64,000 bases of DNA, from IMG/VR virus record IMGVR_UViG_3300045988_086138; one strand, given 5' to 3'. Origin of the DNA: a virus. The notes under the pieces were generated by a model. That model did no database searches. It was not told the origin of the DNA and worked only from the letters and a program-made list of their open reading frames with translations. The position numbers and the translations under genes are program-made. Position 1 is the first letter of the stretch. Each line of letters opens with the position of its first letter. This document shows positions 8,872 to 19,167 of the stretch, piece by piece.

Positions 8872-9350
8872 CAAAAGATCACTGGAGAATGGTTAAAAAC
8901 CGTTCATGGGATAGGTATAAAAAGATTATTACCGATTTCTTGGATTGGGATGCGGGAAGACAAACTATAACCTGGGCTAAACATGTTAATCAATTACTTA
9001 GCCATGCAGAGGATAGTATTCCCAAATATTATGATATCCCTATTGAGGCTTTATGTTACTACAATGCTTTCAGAAACTGGCCTATTAATAAGGCTACGAT
9101 TACTGGAGAATTGGATGATGAAAACTTATCAATACTAATTTCTAAATCCTATATAGAGAAGATTGGTTATCTTACACCGGAAGGTTATTGGGATTTTAAT
9201 TGGGAACAAGATAGGTTTGTAATCAATGGTATAACCTATAAACCTTCTGGTGATACTCAAACTGCTCAAGCTAAGGATGAGGCTTTAGTTTTCATGGTTA
9301 TCCTAAAAAGAGACCGTGATACGAATGTAGAATTTGTAGAAAAAGAATAA
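8868..9350 (+). CDS. Hypothetical protein (head-tail connector/neck region by position)
   Basis: 160-aa ORF with an ATGA overlap to the upstream gene. Confidence 0.45.
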   Translation: MTKDHWRMVKNRSWDRYKKIITDFLDWDAGRQTITWAKHVNQLLSHAEDSIPKYYDIPIEALCYYNAFRNWPINKATITGELDDENLSILISKSYIEKIGYLTPEGYWDFNWEQDRFVINGITYKPSGDTQTAQAKDEALVFMVILKRDRDTNVEFVEKE

Positions 9351-9352
9351 GT

Positions 9353-9778
9353 ATGGCAAAGATGTTAGTACTGAGGTGGACACCAATTACTACCAAAAGC
9401 GGAATTTGGTTTGATAGTAATTTGGTTATCCTTAACGGTACCTCTGGAGTTCATATTGAAATGAAGGGTAATGGCAATGATGTAACGGCATTTCAATCGA
9501 TGACCGGAAACAAATTTGTCACTTGTTTTCAAGATTACTTCGGAGATATTTGGGATAAAATAATACCTCATCCTGGTATAGGCCAGGTAATAAAATTCCG
9601 TGTAAATAGACTCCCGGATTATGCTTGCATAAGGGGAGATATTGAAGATGGTGGAGATGTAGACCCAGAAAATCCAGATGTACCAATGAATGCCTTCTGT
9701 GGTTCAGAAGGGGAACCATTCAGGGATATAGATTCAGAATTTTTACTGGGTCGTCAACGTGCAGTAATTAATCCTTAA
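9353..9778 (+). CDS. Hypothetical protein (neck/fibre-attachment region by position)
   Basis: 141-aa ORF, tightly packed. Confidence 0.45.
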   Translation: MAKMLVLRWTPITTKSGIWFDSNLVILNGTSGVHIEMKGNGNDVTAFQSMTGNKFVTCFQDYFGDIWDKIIPHPGIGQVIKFRVNRLPDYACIRGDIEDGGDVDPENPDVPMNAFCGSEGEPFRDIDSEFLLGRQRAVINP

Positions 9779-9789
9779 ATTTTATAAAT

Positions 9790-12700
9790 ATGTATGTAAG
9801 TAAATATTACACCTGCGAAGAAATTGACCAGCGGTTGTTACAAGGTTATTATGATGACTTTGTTCGTGCTGGCTTTGGAGGAACTATTAATGAGTTCTGG
9901 GCCTTCGTACTTTCTATCAAGGATAAGGTAGATAAGAAGGAGGGTTATGACTTATCTAAAAATGACTTTACCGATGAGCTTAAGGCTAAATTGGATGGCA
10001 TTGAAGAAAAAGCAAACTACATTACTAAGGTATCTCAGCTTGAAAATGACTTGAAGTTTCAAACTGACGAAGATGTTAAAAAAGCCATTAGCGATTTGGT
10101 TGATGGTGCAGATGATGCCTTAGACACTCTTAAGGAATTGGCAGAAGCATTGGGTAATGACCCCAACTTTGCTACTACCATTACCAATAAATTAACCGAA
10201 CTTCGCACAGCTTTATCCGAAGAGGTAAACCGTGCTAAGGAGGCAGAAGCTGCTTTAGGTGCAGCAGTAGCAGCAGTTCAAGACAATCTTGAATATGCAG
10301 TAGAACAGCTTATCAATAAGATTGATACTACTAAGGCAGATTTAAAAGCAGATATCGACCGTGTAGAGAAGAAGGCTGATAAGAATGCCGAAGATATCAA
10401 AGACCTCAATGATAAGATAACCGAGAAGAATGATGAACTTGAGAATGAACTCAAGGGACTTATTCAAAAGGAGAAAGATGAACGTATTGCTGCTGACAAT
10501 GAGATTAAGGAAAGTGTAAATGAACTTAAGACTCTTCATATTAATGATAAGGCAGCATTGGAATCGAAGATTGCAGAAGAAGTATCTAATCGTACCAATG
10601 CAGACACAGTACTTGATTCCAAGATTAATGAGGAAATTACCAATCGGCAATCCGATACTCAATCACTTCAAAGTAAGATTGACCAGGAAAAGGTAGACCG
10701 TCATTCAGAGGACCAAGTCCTTCATAATGAGATTTCTAAAGAGGTAGCAGACCGTACAAATGCAGATAATCTTCTTCAAGGCAACATTGATAAAGAAGCA
10801 CAAGCTCGTACTTCAGCTGACCAGGTGTTACAAAATAACATTGATTCAGAAGCTACTACCAGAGCTGCCCAAGATTTAGTACTTGACCATAAAATTGAGG
10901 ATGTAAAATTACAAGGACAAGCAGATAAAGCACAATTACTCGAGGCTATTGCTGCCGAGGCTACTGCTCGTGAAAATGCGGATATCGACCTTGATAATCA
11001 GAAGGTAGATAAACGAGAAGGTTATTCATTAACCAAGAATGACTTCACTGATATACTCAAAGCTAAGTTGGACGGTATTGAAGAGAAGGCAAATTACATT
11101 ACCCATCTTTCCCAGCTAATCAATGATTCAGGTTTCCAAACTGAAGAGGAAGTTGAGGCAGCAATTCAAAAGATTGTAGGCTCTGCCCCAGAAGTACTTG
11201 ATACTCTTAAGGAAATTGCCGATGCTTTAGGCAATGACCCTAATTTTGCTACTACCATTACCAAGAAACTTGCTGCAATAACCGAACAGGTTAATAAGGA
11301 AACTGAAGACCGTATTGCTGGTGATGAGGCAAACAGTGCAGAGGTAGCTACTGAGGTTCAAGCTCGTAAAGATGCAGATGCTGCCCTTGAAGCTAAACTA
11401 AAAGAATACGTTGATAACAAGTCTGCTACTGGTGATGCCGCTATTGGGGTTGTAAGGGATAACCTTAATAAGGAAATCCAGGATAGAAAGGATGCTGATG
11501 CTGCTATCAAGGCTTCTTTAGATAAAGAAATTGCCGATAGAAAGACTGCCGATGATGCTTATAATGTTAGTTTGACTAATGTTAACAAACGTATCTCCGA
11601 ATTGGCTTTGAGCATTCAGGATTCTATCAATACTTTGCGTAATGAACTTACGGCTCAGGTAAATGCAAATACAACTGCAATAGCCACGAATGAACACAAT
11701 ATCGAAAGAAACTCTGAGGCAATCACAAACTTAACTAAGACTGTAGGTGATAACTACAAGGAAGTTAAGGATATGATTAATGAGGAGATTGTAGACCGTA
11801 CCAATGCAGACAGTTCATTGAGTTCTCGTATCGATACACTAAATATCGACCTTAATACAGAAAGAGTAGAAAGAACTGCAGCAGACCAGGTTCTTCAGGT
11901 AAATCTTGATAAAGAAGTAGCAGACCGTACTGCTGCTGATAAATCCTTGAGTACTGAATTTACTGCTAAGTTGGATAATACCAAACAAGCTTTGGAATCT
12001 GAGGTAGATAAACTTAACCTTAAGCTTGACCAAGAGAAGTCAGATAGAATTGCTGGAGATACTGCTTTGGGGGCTCGTATTGATTCTCTAGAGGCAGGTA
12101 ATTCTTCTGCTATGGATGAACTTAAAGCAAAGGTAAGTGCTAATACTACCGCTATCAATACGGAGAAAGACCGAGCTATTGCAAAAGAGACTTCACTTGA
12201 GGCAAAGATTGATGTTAATCTTCAGAATCACAAAGATGATATGGCTGGTATTAACCAGAGTATCCTTACTGAAAGAAATGCCAGATTAGCCGGTGATACA
12301 GAATTGCAGAATAACATTGATAAGGAGGCTACTGAAAGAGCAAATCAAGATACCCTTATTAATAATGCTTTACTTCAAGAGAAGTCTGACCGTATAGCTG
12401 CAAATGCTGCCCTTGATACTAAGAAGGTAGATAAGGTAGATGGTAAAGTACTTTCTTCAAATGACTTTACAGATATCTTATTTGCTAAGCTGAATGACAT
12501 TGAGGACCATGCTAATTACATCACAAAGGTATCAGAGTTACTCAATGATTCTGGATTCCAAACTGAAGAGGAGGTAGAAGCGGCTATTCAAAAGATTATT
12601 GGTTCTGCTCCCGAGGTTCTTGATACATTGGCAGAGATTGCTAAGGCTCTTGGGGATGACCCCAACTTCGCAGCAACTATGACTGCTAAGCTTACGGAAT

Positions 12701-15700
12701 TGGAGAATAAGCTTACTGCCGAAAAGAATCTTCGTGAACAAGGTGATAGTACTTTACAACAGTCTTTCACTAACTTAAGCACTACACTTACCACAACGGT
12801 AAACGATTTGAGAACTTTTGTAAGTGAAACTCGTACAGAGTTATTAACTTCTTTGAATGCAACCAATGCTCTGGTAACTCAGAATACTGCCAATATCCAA
12901 CGTAACTTGGAATTAATACAAGGTATTCAAGATAATATAAATGGTAATTATACTGCTATCACCGATATTCTGAATAATGAGATAGCTGCTCGTAAAGCAG
13001 AAGATATCCGATTGGAGGCAAAGATTGACCAAAATACTTCTGACCTTAACACGGAAACAGAAGAGAGAAAAGCTGCTGATAAAGTTCTTCAAGATAACAT
13101 TGATACAGAGGAAGCTGCTCGTATTGCAGCCGATACAGCATTAGGTAAACGTATCGATAAAGAAATCACGGACCGTATTGCTGCTGATACTGCCCTTGAT
13201 ACTAAGTTTACTGCTATTACCGATGACCATGAGGAAAGACTAGTAGCTGAAGAGGGCACTTCTGATGCTTTACCAGATACTATGGTTACTGATGTAAGTA
13301 CAGTGAGTAGAACTGCTACTCAATTATCATTTAGGGTAAAGACTTCAACTAAGGATAAGTCAAATAACCAATATGGTGAAGAGGTAGAAGCTACTAAGAA
13401 CATCCTTCAGGCAACTCAGACTCTTGCCGGAGTTATGTCAGCTACTGATAAAGTAAAGCTTGATGGTTTAGACCCAAATGCTTTAACTGATATCTCTGCA
13501 GCTTCAGATGCTAATAAGGTAACTGTAACCATAACTAAAGATAATGGTTTAAATGCAGATACTACCGAAACTTTCGACTTGCCACAGGTATCTTCTACTA
13601 AGGCTGGTACTATGACTGCTAAAGATAAAGTAGAGTTAGATAGAATTACTACTGCTAACTTTGCTCTTGGTGCAGTAACTCCAAATGAGACTTCGGTAGG
13701 AATTGCTGCTACTAAAACTGTAATCGAAGATGGTACAGTAGAACAGAATCCTATTACTTTACCAGCTTCTACCGGTGAGAAAGCTGGTGTACAAACAGCA
13801 GCCGATAAGAAATTGTTTGATTCTATACCTGCTGATTTAATTACTTGGATAGATGAGTCTGCAACTGCAGAGAAGGTAACTATTCTTGGACAAATTCATA
13901 GTATAGTAGATGGAGAATATACCTTAGTAAACTCAGTAGAAAAAGATATAGTTGCAGCATCACAAACTGTAGCCGGTGTAATGACTGCAGCTGATAAAGT
14001 GAAACTTGATGTTACTATACCAGGTCAGATTGCACAAGAAATCCAAGATAGAAAGGATGCCATTGAAGCTTTGGATGGTAAGTCAGAGGCAGCCCTTGCT
14101 GAAGAAATTCAGAATCGTAAAGATGCAGATACCGCACTTGATACAAAGTTTACTAAAGCAGTAAATGATGAAGCTACTGCTCGTACTTCTGCAGATACCG
14201 CATTGGGTGCAAGAATTGATAAGGAGATTACGGATAGAACTGCAGCAGACACGGCTCTTGATACTAAACTCCAAAATAATATCAATGCTCTAGAGGCTAA
14301 GCATGATGCTTTTGTAGCAACTAAGGGTAAAGCTAATGGCTTTGCTTCTTTGGATGCTAATGGTACCGTACCTGCAAGCCAATTGCCTTCTTATGTAGAT
14401 GATATTATTGAGGTATATGCAACCTATACGGTAGGGGCAACTGGAGGTTTAACCAATATCCAGTTATATTCTGATTCAGCCCATACTAAACCTATTACAG
14501 GAGAATCTGGTAAAATCTATGTAAATGTTACAAGTGGAGAACCTTCTTATCAATTCCGTTGGTCAGGTAATAAATTTGTAGACAGTAACACCTCATCCCT
14601 TATTATTGGTACGGTTGCTGGTACTGCTTTCGATGGGGCAAGAGGTAAGGAGTTAGAAACCCAAATAGCTTCACTTAAAACTAACGGTGCGTCTCATTTT
14701 GATAATAACACCTATCAGGCTAGTACTGTAAGATTAAACTTTAAGTGTTGGTTTGGGAGTGATAATATCCAAGATCACTATTCTCAAATTAAGGCCGCTA
14801 CCACTACTGAAGCGGGTGTTATGTCAGCTGCAGATAAAGTGAAACTTGATACTACACTACCTAATCAAATTACTACAGAAACAACAAATCGAACAAATGC
14901 TGACAAGGCTATTAATGATTTGTTAGCAACTTTACCTGACCACATGTTGGCTAGAGAGTTGAGTAATGCTGGTAACTTGATTAATCTTACCTCTACGGAT
15001 TCTAAGTTAACCATTAGTTATTGGTGGGCAGAGAAAGGTTCAAATGGTCATTATTCAATTAATGAGACTCAACATACATTTGACATACCAGCAGCTACTG
15101 CTACTAAGGCCGGTGTAATGACTGCAGCTGATAAGACGAATTTGGATAACACAGTAACAGGTTTGGCAAATGAAATCACCAATAGAACCAATGCTATCAA
15201 TTCTCTTAGAACAGAATTGAAGACTTATATTGATAATGCTATTAGTGATACTGGCACTGACTTGACTGCCTTAGAAACTAAAGTAAATAATCACATTGCC
15301 AATAAATCTAATCCTCATGGGGTTACTAAATCTCAAGTGGGATTGGGTAATGCTTCCAATACTTCGGATGCGGATAAACCAGTATCTACTGCTCAGGCTA
15401 CGGCAATTGCCGATGCTAAAGCTGCAGGTACAGCAGCTCAAACTTCTATTAATACTCATGCAGGTAGAAAGGATAATCCTCACGTAGTAACCAGAGCTCA
15501 GTTGAATTTGGCAACTACAGATAATGTAGTATTTGCTAAGACTACGGCTCCTTCCGGCTTCTTCAAGGAATCTTCAGATATTCGACTCAAATCTAATATT
15601 AAAGATTTGAATCATACTCTGGAACAGATTTGCCAGATACCAACTAAATCTTTTGAAATAGCTGGTAAAGAGGATGAAGGAACTATTGCTCAGAATCTGG

Positions 15701-15924
15701 AAGCATTGGGATTTGGCAAATATGTGGATGAGACTCCAGTAGAGAAATCTACTGTACCTAATTCAGATGAATTCGAAACCTTAGAAATCAACGGAGAAGA
15801 ATATGTACTTGTAAAACAAGTAAAATACCATAAGATGTCAACCCTGGCTATCGAAGGTATTAAACTTCTTTATGATGAGGTTAAGGCTTTGAAAGCTGAG
15901 ATTCAAGAACTTAAAAATAAATAA
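9790..15924 (+). CDS. Giant tail/whisker fibre protein (2044 aa) with coiled-coil repeats and a C-terminal peptidase-S74 intramolecular chaperone domain
   Basis: Three copies of a roughly 93-aa module ('LSKNDFTD-LKAKLDGIEEKANYIT...LDTLKE-A-ALG-DPNFA'). Many 18-residue 'DRT-AD--L---ID-E' repeats and six 'T--AGVMTAADKVKLD' motifs. C-terminal 'SSDIRLKSNIKDL...' plus a terminal coiled coil. Confidence 0.85.
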   Translation: MYVSKYYTCEEIDQRLLQGYYDDFVRAGFGGTINEFWAFVLSIKDKVDKKEGYDLSKNDFTDELKAKLDGIEEKANYITKVSQLENDLKFQTDEDVKKAISDLVDGADDALDTLKELAEALGNDPNFATTITNKLTELRTALSEEVNRAKEAEAALGAAVAAVQDNLEYAVEQLINKIDTTKADLKADIDRVEKKADKNAEDIKDLNDKITEKNDELENELKGLIQKEKDERIAADNEIKESVNELKTLHINDKAALESKIAEEVSNRTNADTVLDSKINEEITNRQSDTQSLQSKIDQEKVDRHSEDQVLHNEISKEVADRTNADNLLQGNIDKEAQARTSADQVLQNNIDSEATTRAAQDLVLDHKIEDVKLQGQADKAQLLEAIAAEATARENADIDLDNQKVDKREGYSLTKNDFTDILKAKLDGIEEKANYITHLSQLINDSGFQTEEEVEAAIQKIVGSAPEVLDTLKEIADALGNDPNFATTITKKLAAITEQVNKETEDRIAGDEANSAEVATEVQARKDADAALEAKLKEYVDNKSATGDAAIGVVRDNLNKEIQDRKDADAAIKASLDKEIADRKTADDAYNVSLTNVNKRISELALSIQDSINTLRNELTAQVNANTTAIATNEHNIERNSEAITNLTKTVGDNYKEVKDMINEEIVDRTNADSSLSSRIDTLNIDLNTERVERTAADQVLQVNLDKEVADRTAADKSLSTEFTAKLDNTKQALESEVDKLNLKLDQEKSDRIAGDTALGARIDSLEAGNSSAMDELKAKVSANTTAINTEKDRAIAKETSLEAKIDVNLQNHKDDMAGINQSILTERNARLAGDTELQNNIDKEATERANQDTLINNALLQEKSDRIAANAALDTKKVDKVDGKVLSSNDFTDILFAKLNDIEDHANYITKVSELLNDSGFQTEEEVEAAIQKIIGSAPEVLDTLAEIAKALGDDPNFAATMTAKLTELENKLTAEKNLREQGDSTLQQSFTNLSTTLTTTVNDLRTFVSETRTELLTSLNATNALVTQNTANIQRNLELIQGIQDNINGNYTAITDILNNEIAARKAEDIRLEAKIDQNTSDLNTETEERKAADKVLQDNIDTEEAARIAADTALGKRIDKEITDRIAADTALDTKFTAITDDHEERLVAEEGTSDALPDTMVTDVSTVSRTATQLSFRVKTSTKDKSNNQYGEEVEATKNILQATQTLAGVMSATDKVKLDGLDPNALTDISAASDANKVTVTITKDNGLNADTTETFDLPQVSSTKAGTMTAKDKVELDRITTANFALGAVTPNETSVGIAATKTVIEDGTVEQNPITLPASTGEKAGVQTAADKKLFDSIPADLITWIDESATAEKVTILGQIHSIVDGEYTLVNSVEKDIVAASQTVAGVMTAADKVKLDVTIPGQIAQEIQDRKDAIEALDGKSEAALAEEIQNRKDADTALDTKFTKAVNDEATARTSADTALGARIDKEITDRTAADTALDTKLQNNINALEAKHDAFVATKGKANGFASLDANGTVPASQLPSYVDDIIEVYATYTVGATGGLTNIQLYSDSAHTKPITGESGKIYVNVTSGEPSYQFRWSGNKFVDSNTSSLIIGTVAGTAFDGARGKELETQIASLKTNGASHFDNNTYQASTVRLNFKCWFGSDNIQDHYSQIKAATTTEAGVMSAADKVKLDTTLPNQITTETTNRTNADKAINDLLATLPDHMLARELSNAGNLINLTSTDSKLTISYWWAEKGSNGHYSINETQHTFDIPAATATKAGVMTAADKTNLDNTVTGLANEITNRTNAINSLRTELKTYIDNAISDTGTDLTALETKVNNHIANKSNPHGVTKSQVGLGNASNTSDADKPVSTAQATAIADAKAAGTAAQTSINTHAGRKDNPHVVTRAQLNLATTDNVVFAKTTAPSGFFKESSDIRLKSNIKDLNHTLEQICQIPTKSFEIAGKEDEGTIAQNLEALGFGKYVDETPVEKSTVPNSDEFETLEINGEEYVLVKQVKYHKMSTLAIEGIKLLYDEVKALKAEIQELKNK
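15574..15921 (+). other. Intramolecular chaperone auto-processing (peptidase S74-like) domain of the fibre
   Basis: 'SDIRLKSNI...IPTKSFE...GTIAQNLEAL...' followed by 'LYDEVKALKAEIQELKN', the typical S-D-x-R-x-K signature of endosialidase/T5 L-fibre chaperone domains. Confidence 0.7.
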
Positions 15925-15929
15925 TTGTA

Positions 15930-18461
15930 ATGGGAGAGATAGCAACCTGGAGTGCTGTCAAAACTAAAGTAGGCCTTGGTAAGACTGCAAATGACTGTCC
16001 TACCAAGGCTGAATTGTTAGCACTCTCCCCTACTGGAACAGGGGAAAGTTATGTGGGGTTGGAGCTATCCAATGCCAGTTCCTATAAAGATACAGAATGT
16101 GTTAAACTCGAAGATATTCACAAGGTAACTTGGAAATATACTTTTACTCTTCATACCGATACTCTTAATTTCTCGGCTTTAGGGGGAGAACCTACTAATG
16201 AGAATCCTTGGTTTGGGGCTACTTCTACTAGAACTAAATACTTGGATGGCGTAGCTACCAGTACTGTAGAGAATGTGACATATAATACTTCTGGGTTACC
16301 TTCTTGGGTAACTTGGGCAGAAGGTACAGGTTGGAGAGCTACCGAGAACCTTGAGTTAACTGCCAGGTCTAAAACTGACGGTACTATCATACAACAAGGT
16401 TCAGGTAAAACCTATACTATCAAATGGTATCAGGAAGCGGCTTCTCAATCATGGACTTATGGATTTAGTGTTAATCCTACTTCTTTAAGTTTTGGAGCAA
16501 CTGGAGGTACAAAAACCTTTGCTGTAACTTCTTACAAGCAAGAAGTAAGAAATGGCCATAATTATGGTAATCAAATTACTCTAACTTATACTAGAGCAAA
16601 TTCTGGAAGTGTAAGTGGTACTGGCACTTCTGTAATTATGACGAATAATACATCTACTACTGCAAAGTCTGGTACTATAACTCTTACTCAGGCAGAAACA
16701 GGAAAGAAGTTAACCATATCTTGTTCTCAGTCTGCAGGTTATTTAACCTATAGTGAAATTACCGTAAGTGGAGGTGCAGTAACCGATATACCTGCAAGTG
16801 GAGGTACTAGAAGTTCTTTTACTACTTTGCCAACTTATTCACAAACCTATGGTTGGAATGGTGCTACCAGTGGGGCTGGTACAGTTACCTCAGGTGCTAG
16901 TATTTCTTATGGTACTGCAGTTAGTGCAAATTCTTTGGGAACTACTGCAAAGGCTAGAACCTTAATAGGTAATTTGATAGGTACCTTATCTTTGAACGGT
17001 AAAACTAAATCAGTATCTGTAAATGTATACCAAGCTGAGAATAAGATTACTAGTACTACAGACGGTACCCCAGTAATTAGTTTATCAGCTAATAATTACA
17101 CTATCCCCAATACTGGAGGTAGTGTAAATATATCTGCAAGTGTAAGTATACCAACAACTAACCATTGGAGTTCAGGTTCTACAAGTGCAGGTACGGCTAA
17201 AAGTGCTACACCAACAGTAAGTGTAAGTGGTACTGGTTTTAGTTTAAATGCTGCTAAGACTGTTCTTACAGCTTCTCAAAATACTGGTACTTCAAGTAGA
17301 ACTGGTACAGTAACTGCTACCTATACTGGGGCAACTACTAAAACCATTACCGTTACTCAATCAGCGGCAAGTGTAACTTATAACTATATGTTTACAACTA
17401 GCCCATCTATTCCTGGAACTGATAGTTATACAGTACCTCAATTTACCAACGATGATGGTAGTTTTTCTGTAGAAATGTATAGCTATAAGTCTAAGTATAT
17501 AAATGGAATACATTCTGGTGATACCGTATTAGGTTTTATTATAAAAACCAAGCCTGATTGGGTTATTGATGTTTCTGGTGCGACCGTTATTGATGATACA
17601 TCCTACGATGTATTAATCGAGGTTTCTCAAAATACTGGGGCAGCTAGGTCAGGCACTATAGTAATAGTTCAGGATGAGAGTGGGGAAGAGTTTACTTTTA
17701 ATGTATCTCAGGCAGCAGGCAGTGTATCCTATAATTATTACTTTAGTGTTTCTCCAAGCAGTTTGAGTTTTGGTTCGGCTGGGGCCACTAAATATTTAAC
17801 CGTATCATCCTATCGGAAACAGGTAATTAATGGTGTAGAGCAAAACCAAATACTACCCGTAGATTTTTCAATGTCTGGTACTGTTACAGGGTTTACTACA
17901 ACTCCAGGTATGGGTACTATTACACCTGGAGCAACTGGTGGTTATAATATAACGGTTACTGCATCCAAGAATTCCTCTACATCCTCAAGGGGTTTTACTT
18001 TAGGATTTACTCAAAAGAATTCTAATAAAAAGGTAGACATTATAGTTTCTCAATCCGGGGTAAGTGTAACTTATAATTATTACCTTAGATTTGTTTCTAA
18101 TGGTACCCGGAATTTGGAGAAAATAGTGGTTGCTCTAGCTAATGTTACTGAGAATATAGTTGCAGAAGCTTATACTAGAAGAGTAGTAGATGGGGTTGAG
18201 GAAACTACTAAAAACCCCTCTGGGCTGAGCTTAGTATCTAAACCTTCTTGGGTAAGTAAGGTAACTATAGGTCTTAATGCCGATATAGATGGTACCTATA
18301 ATATAAAGTTAACTGTGGATGAAAATACCAGTTCAACGGCTAGAGAGGGGAAGGTTGTAATAAAACCAGATGATAATGATGATGAGGGATGGATACTTAC
18401 TATCACCGTGAAGCAAAATGCTGCAACAATTACCTATGAATATGTATTCGAAATATTCTAA
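15930..18461 (+). CDS. Multi-repeat BACON/Ig-like domain protein (putative receptor-binding/adhesin fibre component)
   Basis: At least 7 tandem roughly 90-110-aa modules of the form 'Y-x-F-S-V-x-P-x-x-L-x-F...G-x-x-x-x-x-V-x-S-Y-[KR]-x-x-x-x-N-G ... N-T-x-x-x-x-R-x-G-T-[IV]-x-[IV] ... [IV]-x-V-x-Q-x-A'. Confidence 0.65.
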   Translation: MGEIATWSAVKTKVGLGKTANDCPTKAELLALSPTGTGESYVGLELSNASSYKDTECVKLEDIHKVTWKYTFTLHTDTLNFSALGGEPTNENPWFGATSTRTKYLDGVATSTVENVTYNTSGLPSWVTWAEGTGWRATENLELTARSKTDGTIIQQGSGKTYTIKWYQEAASQSWTYGFSVNPTSLSFGATGGTKTFAVTSYKQEVRNGHNYGNQITLTYTRANSGSVSGTGTSVIMTNNTSTTAKSGTITLTQAETGKKLTISCSQSAGYLTYSEITVSGGAVTDIPASGGTRSSFTTLPTYSQTYGWNGATSGAGTVTSGASISYGTAVSANSLGTTAKARTLIGNLIGTLSLNGKTKSVSVNVYQAENKITSTTDGTPVISLSANNYTIPNTGGSVNISASVSIPTTNHWSSGSTSAGTAKSATPTVSVSGTGFSLNAAKTVLTASQNTGTSSRTGTVTATYTGATTKTITVTQSAASVTYNYMFTTSPSIPGTDSYTVPQFTNDDGSFSVEMYSYKSKYINGIHSGDTVLGFIIKTKPDWVIDVSGATVIDDTSYDVLIEVSQNTGAARSGTIVIVQDESGEEFTFNVSQAAGSVSYNYYFSVSPSSLSFGSAGATKYLTVSSYRKQVINGVEQNQILPVDFSMSGTVTGFTTTPGMGTITPGATGGYNITVTASKNSSTSSRGFTLGFTQKNSNKKVDIIVSQSGVSVTYNYYLRFVSNGTRNLEKIVVALANVTENIVAEAYTRRVVDGVEETTKNPSGLSLVSKPSWVSKVTIGLNADIDGTYNIKLTVDENTSSTAREGKVVIKPDDNDDEGWILTITVKQNAATITYEYVFEIF

Positions 18462-18609
18462 GGTTAAATACAACACCAGAATCAAGTAAACCGGCTCCAG
18501 AATTTGAAGAGTTTACTGCTACCGTAAATCAAAGGCTTACCAATCAAGAAACTCTTTTAATGAGGATTGCCCAAGAACTGGGACTGGATAAACCTAAACA
18601 ATAAGAATT

Positions 18610-19167
18610 ATGCCAAGTAAGTCGGTTAATATTACAATATCGACTCCAATTGGTCCTCTAGAAATATACGTAGATAAACGAGAACAAGCTCGTGCAGAAA
18701 GGTTGATTGCTAAAACCCCAAGTATCTTAACCAAAGGATATGCGAAAGGTACAGAAAGGTTTGGCAATCAACTTCTTCGTATAGTAAGACGAAGTTTAAA
18801 TACCGGTATACCTCCAAGAGGTTCTGGGGTATCTTGGCCAAAACATAGTCCGGGTACCATAAAGAAATATGGAGAACATACCCTACTAAACCTTACTGGG
18901 CAGTATGCTCGGTCGGTAACTATAGTAAAAGGTAAGAAACGAACTTTCGTAGGTTTACCAATTGGAATCAAGAAGATTACCTACACTGGTAGTCCTTCAA
19001 GAAGAACGTTGAATCAAATAGCTATTATGCTAGAATATGGTAGTAGAGATGGTAATTTACCACCTCGTCCTCTATGGAATCCTGCATTTAAAGCTGCAGG
19101 TGGAAAGGCAGCTTTACAAAGGGAAATACGAAATGAGATTAGGAAAGAAATAAGGAAAGTTAGATAA
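18610..19167 (+). CDS. HK97-gp10-like / tail-completion (virion morphogenesis) protein
   Basis: 185 aa. 'LLNLTGQYARSVTIVKGKKRTFVGLP' fits the gp10-family l-x-x-T-G-x-L-x-x-S pattern. Low-specificity match. Confidence 0.35.
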   Translation: MPSKSVNITISTPIGPLEIYVDKREQARAERLIAKTPSILTKGYAKGTERFGNQLLRIVRRSLNTGIPPRGSGVSWPKHSPGTIKKYGEHTLLNLTGQYARSVTIVKGKKRTFVGLPIGIKKITYTGSPSRRTLNQIAIMLEYGSRDGNLPPRPLWNPAFKAAGGKAALQREIRNEIRKEIRKVR

